Counted from the stretch's first letter, positions 7,899 through 16,774 are shown. The stretch: 64,000 nt of DNA from Acidobacteriota bacterium (GCA_046732795.1 JBKPNV010000044.1:4629-68628), one strand, 5' to 3'. The notes: generated from the letters alone by a model not told the origin. A program made the numbers and translations.

Positions 7899-9386
7899 TT
7901 GGCAACTTCTACAGCGGCGCCAGTCGAGGCCCGTTCGGGGCTCGACCCCTGGCAACCAGCAGAACTGCCCGAGCCGCCCAGGCCAAAAGGCCTCGCGTGG
8001 ATCGCGGCAGTCGGACCCGGCGTGATCGCGCTGGGCGTTTCGATTGGCAGCGGTGAGTTCCTGCTGGGCCCGGCGGCCTTCGTGCAGCACGGCCTTTCGC
8101 TGCTGTGGGTCGTCATCGTCGCCGTCACGCTGCAGACCATCTTCAACACCGAAGTGATGCGCTACACCCTCGCGACCGGTGAGCCAGTCTTCACCGGGTT
8201 CATGCGGACTCGACCCTCGTCGACGCTGTGGGCTTGGATCTATGCTGTCCTCTACTTTCTCCAGGTCGGCTGGCCCGCCTGGGCAGGCACGGCAGCAGCC
8301 GCGATCTTCTTCCTGTTCGCACGGCGACTGGCGGTTGCCGCCGACGCCACGGCAATCTACGGCATCGGTGTCGCGGCATTTCTCGGATGCGTTGCCATTC
8401 TCACGGTGGGCCGCCGCATCGAGCGCACGCTCGAATTCTTGAACTGGATTCTGGTCGTCACTATTCTCGGCGGCTTCTTCGTCCTGACGTTGCTGTTCGC
8501 ACCAGCGCACGCGTGGCTCGAGGCGGCGGCGGGGTTCGGTGGATTCGATCTCACTCGCGGGACATTCGATCCCTTGCCCGCAGGCGCTGACTTCTTCCTG
8601 CTTGGCGCGCTGGTCGCCTATTCCGGAAGCGGCGGTGTCGTGAACATCGTCTTGTCGAACTGGGCTCGCGACCGCGGCTACGGCATGGGGGAGCGCGCGG
8701 GCTACATCCCTGCGGCAGCCGCAGGTGAACGCGGCAGTGTCGCCGCGACCGGTTTCATATTTCCATCCGATGCCGCGTCGATGGATCGCTGGCGTGGATG
8801 GTGGCGCGTCGTTTCGGCCGATCAGTGGGGCCTGTTCTGGCTCGGCGCGAATCTCGGCATGCTGCTACCGGCGCTGCTCTATGTCACTTTTCTGCCGCGC
8901 GGCACGAACATTCAAGGTCTTGGCATCAGCGCCGCGCTGGCGGCCGCGATCGGAAGCCGCACCGGAGCACTGACAGCGGGCATCATCGCGTTCCTTGGCG
9001 CCTGGCTGCTGTTCAAAACTCAGCTCGACAACCTCGAGGGCATGGTTCGCGCGATCGCCGACATCCTCTGGACCGGGAGCCGTCGTGTGCGCGCATGGCG
9101 CGGTGGCGACGTGCGCGCTGTCTATTACGGCGTACTCGGCGTTCTGGTCGTCTGGGGATTGATTGCGATGCGGCTCGCGCAGCCGATTGTGCTGCTGCAA
9201 CTCGGCGCCAATGTGGCTGGCGCCATCTTCGTCATCGCAGCGCCGCACCTGCTGTACATCAACACGCGACTGCTGCCGCCGCATGTGCGCCCACCGATGT
9301 GGCGCCGTGTCGCCCTGATCGTGATGACGTTGTTCTACGGATTTTTCGTGGCGCTGTCGTTCGGAAGTTTATTCAGGTCCGGCTAA
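7899..9386 (+). CDS. Atypical Nramp-fold (SLC11-like) membrane transporter
   Basis: 495-aa polytopic ORF. VGPGVIALGVSIGSGEFLLGPAAFVQHGLSLLWVV aligns without gaps to the MntH segment [34 protein letters not shown], with GSGE in place of DPGN. The stop TAA lies in a REP loop. Confidence 0.75.
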   Translation: MATSTAAPVEARSGLDPWQPAELPEPPRPKGLAWIAAVGPGVIALGVSIGSGEFLLGPAAFVQHGLSLLWVVIVAVTLQTIFNTEVMRYTLATGEPVFTGFMRTRPSSTLWAWIYAVLYFLQVGWPAWAGTAAAAIFFLFARRLAVAADATAIYGIGVAAFLGCVAILTVGRRIERTLEFLNWILVVTILGGFFVLTLLFAPAHAWLEAAAGFGGFDLTRGTFDPLPAGADFFLLGALVAYSGSGGVVNIVLSNWARDRGYGMGERAGYIPAAAAGERGSVAATGFIFPSDAASMDRWRGWWRVVSADQWGLFWLGANLGMLLPALLYVTFLPRGTNIQGLGISAALAAAIGSRTGALTAGIIAFLGAWLLFKTQLDNLEGMVRAIADILWTGSRRVRAWRGGDVRAVYYGVLGVLVVWGLIAMRLAQPIVLLQLGANVAGAIFVIAAPHLLYINTRLLPPHVRPPMWRRVALIVMTLFYGFFVALSFGSLFRSG

Positions 9387-9436
9387 AGCCGGACACTCCC
9401 AACGCCGATTCGGGTCCGGCTGAAGCCGGACGCTAC
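9376..9436. repeat. Two REP-like elements (family 1) between convergent genes
   Basis: The copies are ggtccggctaaagccggacact (9376-9397) and gggtccggctgaagccggacgctac (9413-9436). Confidence 0.75.
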
Positions 9437-10122
9437 GGCCGCAGGAATTGCTGTATCACGTCGCGCAAGCCCGCCGCGTCATCGACGAGGGCGTTCCCGT
9501 CCTCGACCCGATCGCGCGAGAACGTCCGAAACCCGAAACCGTAGGCGACGATGCAGCAACGGACCGAGGCGCGCTGCGCGGTCTCATAGTCGATGCCCGA
9601 GTCGCCAACGAGCAGCGTGCGCTCGCGAGGCACACCGGTCGCTGCCATCATGGCGAGCAGCCCTTCGGGACTTGGCTTTCGTGGATACGGTCCATCGCCG
9701 CCGATGACCCATTCGAACAAGTCACCGATGGCAAACGCGTCGAGAAGCTTCTTCGTGGGACCGAGCGGCTTGTTGGTCAGGACGCCCAGTCGCGCATGGC
9801 GTCGCGCCATGTTGAGTGTGTCGAGAATTCCATCGTACACGCGAGTGTGGTTGACGAGGTGCGTGTCGTAAATTTCCAGAAACCGGTTGAGCGCGAACGC
9901 CGGGTGGTCGAGACCGGCAGCGTCGAGAGCGCGTTTCACCAGCAGCGCCGCTCCCTCTCCGACCATGCGGCCAATGGCTTCCTCGGGCAGCGGCCGTCCC
10001 CCCAGTTCCAGGATCAGTTGGTTGGCGGATTCAGCGAGGTCGCCCTGCGAATCGATCAGCGTGCCATCGAGGTCGAATGCGATCAGGCTTTGTAGGTTGC
10101 CCACGAGCTCGGAGTCTCCCAT
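9433..10122 (-). CDS. gph: HAD-superfamily hydrolase, phosphoglycolate phosphatase-like
   Basis: Motif I is LIAFDLDGTLIDS. Also LGVLTNKP and LLVGDSGIDYETA, matching the HAD subfamily IA pattern. Confidence 0.75.
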   Translation of the reverse strand: MGDSELVGNLQSLIAFDLDGTLIDSQGDLAESANQLILELGGRPLPEEAIGRMVGEGAALLVKRALDAAGLDHPAFALNRFLEIYDTHLVNHTRVYDGILDTLNMARRHARLGVLTNKPLGPTKKLLDAFAIGDLFEWVIGGDGPYPRKPSPEGLLAMMAATGVPRERTLLVGDSGIDYETAQRASVRCCIVAYGFGFRTFSRDRVEDGNALVDDAAGLRDVIQQFLRP

Positions 10123-10484
10123 ACGGTGACACGCGAGACCGGCAGCCGCTGCTCGCGTGAGACGTCGAACAGCAGGCGCGCGATCCGCTCGACGGTAGGG
10201 TTGCTGTCGAGCACATAGACGGGCTCTCCGAGAGAACGGAGAAACGCGACCAGCGGATCGTCGTGCCGCAGGATCATCCGGTGATCGAGCTCGCGATCGA
10301 TCCAGCCTTTCATCGCGCGTTTGATGTCGGTGAAATCGGCCACCATGTTGCGGCGGTCGAGCGCGTCGGTCTGGATCTCCACCTCGACGACCGCGTTGTG
10401 GCCGTGCGGATGTTTACAGACACCATCGTAATCGAGGAGCCTGTGACCGTAGCAGAACTCCAGGCGTTTGGTGACCGAGTACAT
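10083..10484 (-). CDS. queD: 6-carboxy-5,6,7,8-tetrahydropterin synthase
   Basis: 133 aa. MYSVTKRLEFCYGHRLLDYDGVCKHPHGHNAVVEVEI is the QueD/PTPS-family zinc and catalytic motif. Confidence 0.9.
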   Translation of the reverse strand: MYSVTKRLEFCYGHRLLDYDGVCKHPHGHNAVVEVEIQTDALDRRNMVADFTDIKRAMKGWIDRELDHRMILRHDDPLVAFLRSLGEPVYVLDSNPTVERIARLLFDVSREQRLPVSRVTVWETPSSWATYKA

Positions 10485-10501
10485 ACTCTCTAATCTAATC
10501 G

Positions 10502-11200
10502 ATGCAAACTCTCAACTCCCAACCCCCTGCGTCCAAGCCGCCGGTCGCCGTGCTTTTCTCGGCTGGACTTGATAGCGCCGTACTGGTGGCGACCGAGCAG
10601 CGCACATCGACCGTATATCCCATCTACATCTGCTGTGGGCTGGCGTGGGAACGCGAGGAATTGGAGTCGATCGATCGCTTACTGGCCGCGCCTCCGTATC
10701 GCGAGGCACGGCCCCTCGCCCGACTGACCTTCACCGTGGCGGATCTGTATCCGCCGAATCACTGGGCGCTTCGCGGAACGCCTCCCGCATTCGACACTCC
10801 TGACGAGGACGTCTACCTCACGGGACGCAACGTTGTCCTCTTGAGCAAGGCGGCGATCCATTGCGCTCAACGGAGCATTACGCGAATCGCCATCGGCACT
10901 CTGGCGGGGAATCCTTTCCCAGACGCGACGAACGCCTTCTTCACCGCGTTCGCAACGGCGATCTCGCTCGGGCTCGCCCACGACCTCGCCATCGAGGCGC
11001 CATTCATGAGCCTGCATAAGACCGACGTCATTCTCCTGGGGCATCAGCTCGGCGTTCCACTCGAGCTCACACTGTCGTGCATGAGTCCGCGCGATGGCCT
11101 GCATTGCGGCGAGTGCAGCAAGTGTAGAGAACGGCGAGACGCGTTTCGCGGGGCTGGGATTGAGGATCCAACGCGCTACCAGCGAATTCCGCTCCGCTGA
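10502..11200 (+). CDS. queC: 7-cyano-7-deazaguanine synthase
   Basis: PP-loop VLFSAGLDSAVL and the C-terminal zinc cluster CMSPRDGLHCGECSKCRERRDAF. Confidence 0.9.
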   Translation: MQTLNSQPPASKPPVAVLFSAGLDSAVLVATEQRTSTVYPIYICCGLAWEREELESIDRLLAAPPYREARPLARLTFTVADLYPPNHWALRGTPPAFDTPDEDVYLTGRNVVLLSKAAIHCAQRSITRIAIGTLAGNPFPDATNAFFTAFATAISLGLAHDLAIEAPFMSLHKTDVILLGHQLGVPLELTLSCMSPRDGLHCGECSKCRERRDAFRGAGIEDPTRYQRIPLR

Positions 11201-11314
11201 GAACCACGACACACCGAGGCGCAGATGCACCGCAAGCTACTCGAAATTGCTCCTGGCTGTGCTCGGTGGCTCAGTGTGTCGCAGTCATCTCTACGACGCG
11301 GCTTCGACACGCTA

Positions 11315-12214
11315 TCAGTGAGTGACGTCTATCGACCCGTCTCCGCTCCGCAACGTGAGCGTTGCTCCTCCGGACCCCAATTGGCCTGTAACCCGACGGC
11401 GATCTGAATCGTCGGCCTTCCCCGACGCAGTGGGGATTCCGGCCACGTGAACCGATCCGTCGCCCGTCGACGCATCGACTGCGGCATTGAAGCCGTTGGG
11501 CACACGCAGGGAGATACGCCCGTCGCCCGTCGTAATGCGCCACTCGCTCTTCATGATGCTGCCGTCGATGGCATCGACGCGGACTGAGCCGTCGCCGGTG
11601 CGAACGGTGACAGCATCGAGACGGCCATCGATATCGACCGATCCGTCGCCGGAGTCGGCGTCCACCGCCCCACTGGCCTGGTTGATGCGAATAATGCCGT
11701 CACCGGTATGTGCTTTCAGTTGCCCATCGACGTTCGAGACCTCGATGCGACCGTCGGCGGAATTCAACGTGAGCATCCCTTCGAGATCACGGGCGTCGAC
11801 CTGGCCGTCTCCCGTGTGCGCCTGGAGCGTCATGCGCCGCGGCGCAGTGATGGTGAAATTGACCGATCGGGCGCCCCCAAGGCTGATGACGTTACGTTGT
11901 GCCCGATCGCCCGGCGCCTCGACGACGATCTTGTTGCCGTCCTGCGTCTCGTTGACGGTCAGCGCTTCGGCACTGGCCTGGTCCGGTGCGCGCCGGTCGA
12001 TTTCGACGAGCACTTCATTCTTATCCCACGATCGAACGCTGATCCTGCCGTCGAAAGTCCTGATCTGCAGATCAACCGGTTCCGAAGCCGAAACAGTGAA
12101 TCGCTTTTCTTCGCGGGACGACGACTGGTTGCCGCGAACGTCGATACTGCAGGCAGTCGAGACAGTGGCAACAACGAGAATCGAGAGGACATGGGCCATA
12201 CGCATGGGTGGCAT
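11315..12214 (-). CDS. DUF4097-like beta-strand repeat protein, probable lipoprotein
   Basis: The signal sequence ends VSTAC. Repeated TGDG(S/R)(I/V)xV units run throughout (GDGSVRVDA, GDGRISLRV, GDGSVHVAG). Confidence 0.7.
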   Translation of the reverse strand: MPPMRMAHVLSILVVATVSTACSIDVRGNQSSSREEKRFTVSASEPVDLQIRTFDGRISVRSWDKNEVLVEIDRRAPDQASAEALTVNETQDGNKIVVEAPGDRAQRNVISLGGARSVNFTITAPRRMTLQAHTGDGQVDARDLEGMLTLNSADGRIEVSNVDGQLKAHTGDGIIRINQASGAVDADSGDGSVDIDGRLDAVTVRTGDGSVRVDAIDGSIMKSEWRITTGDGRISLRVPNGFNAAVDASTGDGSVHVAGIPTASGKADDSDRRRVTGQLGSGGATLTLRSGDGSIDVTH

Positions 12215-12341
12215 ACTCCTACCTCGAGTCGATCCCGGCGGGTCTGAAGACGCGCCTCTACTTCACGACGTCCAGCTGATGAACAAGGACCGCGGTGGTC
12301 CATTCCGCCCCCCGGTTAGACGCAGCGCGATTGCGGGGAGT

Positions 12342-13523
12342 TCAGTTTCCCGCCCACACCTCATCTCCGGCGATGAACGTTCGCACGACGCGAAAGGCCC
12401 GATCGAGGAGGACCACATCGGCCGCACAACCCTGGGCGAGAACGCCGAAGCCACTGAGGCCCAGAGCACGAGCCGGGCTGGTCGAACAGAGCATTGCCGC
12501 ATCGACCAGCGAGCCGCCAACCTCATTGACGACGTTCCGAAATGCCCGGTCCATCGTCAATGTGCTTCCCGCGAGAGTGCCGTCTTCAAGAAATGCCGCC
12601 TGCTCACGGACCTGGATGGCGCGGCCGCCGAGCCGGGCAATCGATCCGGATGGCAGCCCGGCACCGGCGGTCGCATCAGTAATCGCCATCACGCCCTCCG
12701 GTCCTTTAGCGGCGACAGCGAGACGACACATCGAGGGGTGCACGTGGTAGCCGTCGCAAATGAGCTCGACGATCACTTCTTCACGGGCCAGCACCGCGCC
12801 CGGTAATCCGGGCGCGCGATGCGACATGGGCGTCATCCGATTGAACAGATGTGTCGCGTGACGGGCGCCCGCCTCGATCGCGGCGATCGCCGTGTCGTAA
12901 TCGGATCCGGAGTGACCAAGTGCAACGCGGTGTCCAGCCGTTGTCAGCGTGCGCACGAGATCGAGGCCCCCCGGCAGTTCAGGAGCCATCGTCACAATCC
13001 CCACATCGGGCCGGCATGCCGCGATCACGTCGAGGACATCACGTCCCGAATAGAAGCCGTCCGGCAAGCCGTCGCCTGCTGTCCGTAGACACTCTGCCGG
13101 CTGCGCTCCGTTGTATTCAGGGTTGATGAAGTTGCTCTCAAGATGGGCGGGCAACACGCGTGCAGATCCAGCGAGGGGTGACACGCGCGCTTGCCTGACC
13201 TGGTGAAGCACGCCGCGAAGATCGTCTGGCGAGCAAGCAACCGTCGTGGGGCAGAAAGCCGTCACCCCGTAACGCGGAAGCAACGCCGCGATGCGCGCGA
13301 CTGCACCTTCGCCGTCGAGAGTATCGTGGCCGTGCAGGCCGTGCACGTGCACATCGATGAAGCCCGGCGCGACATAGCAGTCACTCGCATCGACGACTGT
13401 CGCGCCTTCCGGATCGATGCGGCGCGATTCAACAGCCACGATTCGGCCGCCGTCGATGACCAGCGAGCCTGCGCTGACGACGCGCCCCGGCAGAATCAAG
13501 TCGCCACCGCTGACGACGATCAC
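12342..13523 (-). CDS. nagA: N-acetylglucosamine-6-phosphate deacetylase
   Basis: 393 aa. Amidohydrolase motifs APGFIDVHVHGLHGHD and HLFNRM. The GTG start overlaps the upstream stop (GTGA). Confidence 0.85.
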   Translation of the reverse strand: MIVVSGGDLILPGRVVSAGSLVIDGGRIVAVESRRIDPEGATVVDASDCYVAPGFIDVHVHGLHGHDTLDGEGAVARIAALLPRYGVTAFCPTTVACSPDDLRGVLHQVRQARVSPLAGSARVLPAHLESNFINPEYNGAQPAECLRTAGDGLPDGFYSGRDVLDVIAACRPDVGIVTMAPELPGGLDLVRTLTTAGHRVALGHSGSDYDTAIAAIEAGARHATHLFNRMTPMSHRAPGLPGAVLAREEVIVELICDGYHVHPSMCRLAVAAKGPEGVMAITDATAGAGLPSGSIARLGGRAIQVREQAAFLEDGTLAGSTLTMDRAFRNVVNEVGGSLVDAAMLCSTSPARALGLSGFGVLAQGCAADVVLLDRAFRVVRTFIAGDEVWAGN

Positions 13524-13984
13524 GGTTCGACTCTCTCTCCGTTCCAGTCGATGTGTACGTGAAGCTTGCGACCCTCGAGCGGCAGCGGCGCTTCGCCCAA
13601 GTCGCTGACGGAGTTTGCGTGTGAAGCCGCGGTTCGTCGAAGCACTTCACGATCGACTCTCTTGAGCAGGACCATCAGCCCCTTCTCTACTGGCGCCCAC
13701 AGCACCAGCACGCCGCCACTCTGCTCAGGCGGGAACTTGCGATCGTCGAGGTAGTCGCGATCCTGCGTGATCAGTGTCCTTCGCAGCTGTCTGGCGAGCC
13801 GATAGTGCTCGCCGTCCGGTGCGCGCCGCAGCTCTTCGTGTTCAAGCACGAAGAGTACGTCCCACTGCAATGCCTGCCGCATGAAGGACACGAGACCGGC
13901 CGGCACGTTCGCGTCGACGTACACCCTCGGCTGTCCCGATACGCGCTCGGCGTAACCTCCCAACTCTGAAGCTAGGGTGCCCAT
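13520..13984 (-). CDS. PIN-like (DUF5615/Mut7-C-like) domain protein
   Basis: RVYVDANVPAGLVSFMRQALQWDVLFV...RTLITQDRDY matches the D-x-N-x-P...D-V...T-x-D-x-D pattern of DUF5615. The function is unknown. Confidence 0.5.
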   Translation of the reverse strand: MGTLASELGGYAERVSGQPRVYVDANVPAGLVSFMRQALQWDVLFVLEHEELRRAPDGEHYRLARQLRRTLITQDRDYLDDRKFPPEQSGGVLVLWAPVEKGLMVLLKRVDREVLRRTAASHANSVSDLGEAPLPLEGRKLHVHIDWNGERVEP

Positions 13985-14035
13985 GGTCGGCTCTTGGCTG
14001 TGGGCTCTCGACTCTTGGCCTCTGACTCTGGCGTT

Positions 14036-15166
14036 CTACGTCTTCGACTCGGCTTTGGACTGGACGTTCTCTTTTGCCTGCTTGCGCAGGGCAGCCACCA
14101 GTTCGCCGCGCTTGTGCACGAGTTCCTTACGCGGCCGGCGATTGCGCGGCGAGCCAACGACGTACTCGCAGAAAAGCGGAAAGCCAATCGTCGAGTCGAC
14201 GTAGGCAACAGCCGTGTCGGGGAGCACGCCGGGATTCACCTTGCCCCAACTGACGGCTTCAGCAGGTGTCGCGCCGGAGAGGCCACCCCAGACAACTTGA
14301 TCCGTCGTGATCTGAATGAAGTAATCGTTGCCGCCCTTCGGGATCCCGTACACCTCCCAAAGCGTTGGCTGACCCTGCAAGTAGAAGTTCTTGGGCGATC
14401 CGCCACCGAGGATGACGCAGCCATTCTTCTTCCCTGCCAGAATGAACGAGCAGATTTCGTTGACGTCCTTGTTGGGATCGATCATCAAGCGACTGTCGTT
14501 CATCAACTCGTGATACGCCACATTCATTCCGATCGAGCTGTCCCCGGGAGACGAGGTATAGATGGGCACGCCGCACGCTGCCGCCGCGGCAACGACCGAG
14601 TGGTCACGGCATTCGGGGTGCCGCTCGAGGAGATCGCGGCCAAGGGCGTAGTGCAGCTCCGCTGTTGAGACGGGCCGATCGACTCCCCAGCGCACCAGGA
14701 AGTCACGGATGTATGCATCGGTTTCGAGGAGTACCGTCGCAGGAAAAAGAACGTCGTAGATACGGATCACACCTTCTTCATACAGATCCACGTCGTCGAC
14801 GAACGGTGACCCTCTGTGCAGCGTGAAATTCAATGCATAGTGAAGGTCGTGGTAGAGATTGGCACCAGTGCTGATCACGAAGTCAACCAGCCCTCGTTCC
14901 ATCAACTCGACCATGCAACCGCCGAGTCCAGCCGGTGTCAGCGCTCCGGCGACCGTGAGTGCAATCGTGGTGTCGTGCTCCGGCAGGAGCATCTTATCCG
15001 TAAAAATACGACACGCCTCGCCCAGTCTCGCGGCATTGAACGCCTGGAACCCATCCTCGACAAGATGATGGATATCGGCGCTTCCTCTCGGTCGATAGTA
15101 TCGGATGGCCTTCCCGGTCAGGTAGTTTGCTCGTGATTTCTCGGCGCCAGGGGCACGGTGAGGCAT
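14036..15166 (-). CDS. Deoxyhypusine synthase-family protein
   Basis: Sequence contains TIALTVAGALTPAGLGGCMVELMERGLVDFVISTGANLYHDLH and ILGGGSPKNF, typical of the DHS/homospermidine synthase-like family. Confidence 0.85.
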   Translation of the reverse strand: MPHRAPGAEKSRANYLTGKAIRYYRPRGSADIHHLVEDGFQAFNAARLGEACRIFTDKMLLPEHDTTIALTVAGALTPAGLGGCMVELMERGLVDFVISTGANLYHDLHYALNFTLHRGSPFVDDVDLYEEGVIRIYDVLFPATVLLETDAYIRDFLVRWGVDRPVSTAELHYALGRDLLERHPECRDHSVVAAAAACGVPIYTSSPGDSSIGMNVAYHELMNDSRLMIDPNKDVNEICSFILAGKKNGCVILGGGSPKNFYLQGQPTLWEVYGIPKGGNDYFIQITTDQVVWGGLSGATPAEAVSWGKVNPGVLPDTAVAYVDSTIGFPLFCEYVVGSPRNRRPRKELVHKRGELVAALRKQAKENVQSKAESKT

Positions 15167-15295
15167 CGCTTGGGTAGCTTAGCATCTCTGCTTCTTGCCT
15201 CCGTGCCGTTGAAAATCTGCGTACCTGTGTGCGGGATGTCTGTCGCGTACGCCCCAACGGACCGATAACAAAACGAGTCTTCCTGGATAAACCTC

Positions 15296-16630
15296 ATGAG
15301 TGCAGCGACGAGCCGGGCAGCAACGATGGTAAGGGCTGAAGCGCACGGCGATCCCGAAGCGCGATTCCGGGCGCTCGTGCAGTCTCCGCTCCGAGCTGGA
15401 TTGCTGCGCTTCCTCTCGGCGCGACCGGGAGAGGGCTTTGAGGTCGAGTCGCTGATGGCCACTTTTGGCCGCATGCGGCTGGACATCGAAAACTGTCTTC
15501 GCGAGCTGGTGGAGTTTGGCATCGTCGGCCGAACAGGGACCGGCCCGAGCCAGTATTCGGCGATTCGGCCGGAAAGCGACACGCTGAATCGTCTGCTCGA
15601 TACTTTCCTCGAAAGACGCGCCGACATCAGCCTTGAGGATCAGGCGCCGTCAGTTCAGCGTTTCCGGGAGATGATCGGCCGCGACGAGAAGATGCTCGTG
15701 GTATTCGAATGGATTCGCACGGCTGCAAAGTCTGACATCTCCGTTCTGATCCTGGGACCGACCGGCTCGGGCAAGGAAGTCGTGTCGCGAATGATTCACG
15801 AGCTGAGTCGCCGCGGAAACGAGAATTTCCAGGCCGTCAACTGCGCCGCGTTGCCGGACACGCTCTTCGAATCCGAAATCTTCGGGTATGAGAAGGGCGC
15901 GTTCACAGGTGCACACGATCGCAAGCCAGGACGCGTCGAGCTTGCGGACCGAGGCACCCTCTTCCTGGACGAGATCGGTGACCTCTCTCTCGTGGCGCAG
16001 GCCAAGCTTCTGCGGGTCCTCGAAGATCGCCGATTCGAGCGGCTCGGAGGTCAGCGCTCGGTGCAGGTGGACTTCCGCCTGATCTCGGCCACGAATCGCC
16101 CCCTCGATCAGTTCGTTCGCGATAGCCGCTTTCGTGAAGATTTGTACTACCGCGTGAACGCGTTCTCCATCAGGCTGCCATCGCTGCGTGAGCGGCCGAC
16201 CGATATCGGGGTCCTCGCCAACCGATTCATTGCCCGGTATTGCGCGGCCAATGGCCTGCCGCTCGATGCGAAGGCGTTCTCGCCTGAGGCGATGACGCGT
16301 CTGAACGCGTATCCGTGGCCCGGGAACATTCGTGAGCTCGAGAGCACGGTGTCTCGTGCCGCGCTTTCGGCGCCTGGCCGCGTCATTCGGGACTCAGATA
16401 TCGAGTTCCTCCATCCGCAGGCCACGGTCACAGCGGATGCCCCTCCACGAGTGCCGACTCTTGCCGAAGCCGAGCGCGCGCATATCGTGCGCGTGCTCGA
16501 AGGAACCGCCTGGAACAAGAAAGAGGCGGCGCGGCTTCTCGACATCAGCCGAGGCACGCTCTACCGGAAGATCGTCGAGTACGGTCTCGAGCCGGAAACC
16601 CGATTGTCCCGATCGCGCACGGACAATTAA
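15296..16630 (+). CDS. Sigma-54-dependent transcriptional activator (AAA+ bEBP, no receiver domain)
   Basis: Walker A GPTGSGKE, GAFTGA loop (EKGAFTGAHD) and C-terminal Fis-type HTH LLDISRGTLYRKIVEYGL. The N-terminal ~130 aa are unassigned. Confidence 0.9.
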   Translation: MSAATSRAATMVRAEAHGDPEARFRALVQSPLRAGLLRFLSARPGEGFEVESLMATFGRMRLDIENCLRELVEFGIVGRTGTGPSQYSAIRPESDTLNRLLDTFLERRADISLEDQAPSVQRFREMIGRDEKMLVVFEWIRTAAKSDISVLILGPTGSGKEVVSRMIHELSRRGNENFQAVNCAALPDTLFESEIFGYEKGAFTGAHDRKPGRVELADRGTLFLDEIGDLSLVAQAKLLRVLEDRRFERLGGQRSVQVDFRLISATNRPLDQFVRDSRFREDLYYRVNAFSIRLPSLRERPTDIGVLANRFIARYCAANGLPLDAKAFSPEAMTRLNAYPWPGNIRELESTVSRAALSAPGRVIRDSDIEFLHPQATVTADAPPRVPTLAEAERAHIVRVLEGTAWNKKEAARLLDISRGTLYRKIVEYGLEPETRLSRSRTDN

Positions 16631-16774
16631 GGATTCCAGCTGACAACAACGACATTCCTCGCGACGTAGCAGGGTTCGTTTTGGATGAGCTGCGTTCCAA
16701 CCTGGAACACGAAAGACATTTGCGACGTTCGCCCTGTGGCTTCAGCAGTTTACGCCGATCTCAGCCGAAAAACC

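Noticed and set aside
10083-11200. queD/queC together with the DGQHR (DndB/DpdB-like) gene as a 7-deazaguanine DNA-modification (dpd-like) system.
   Set aside because: The genes are about 23 kb apart and separated by unrelated operons. No dpdA/TGT-like gene, queE, folE or helicase components are present. queC/queD here look like ordinary queuosine biosynthesis genes.
13520-13984. PIN-like gene as the toxin of a toxin-antitoxin pair.
   Set aside because: There is no small upstream or downstream partner ORF. The gene is translationally coupled (GTGA) to nagA instead. A TA call is not supportable.
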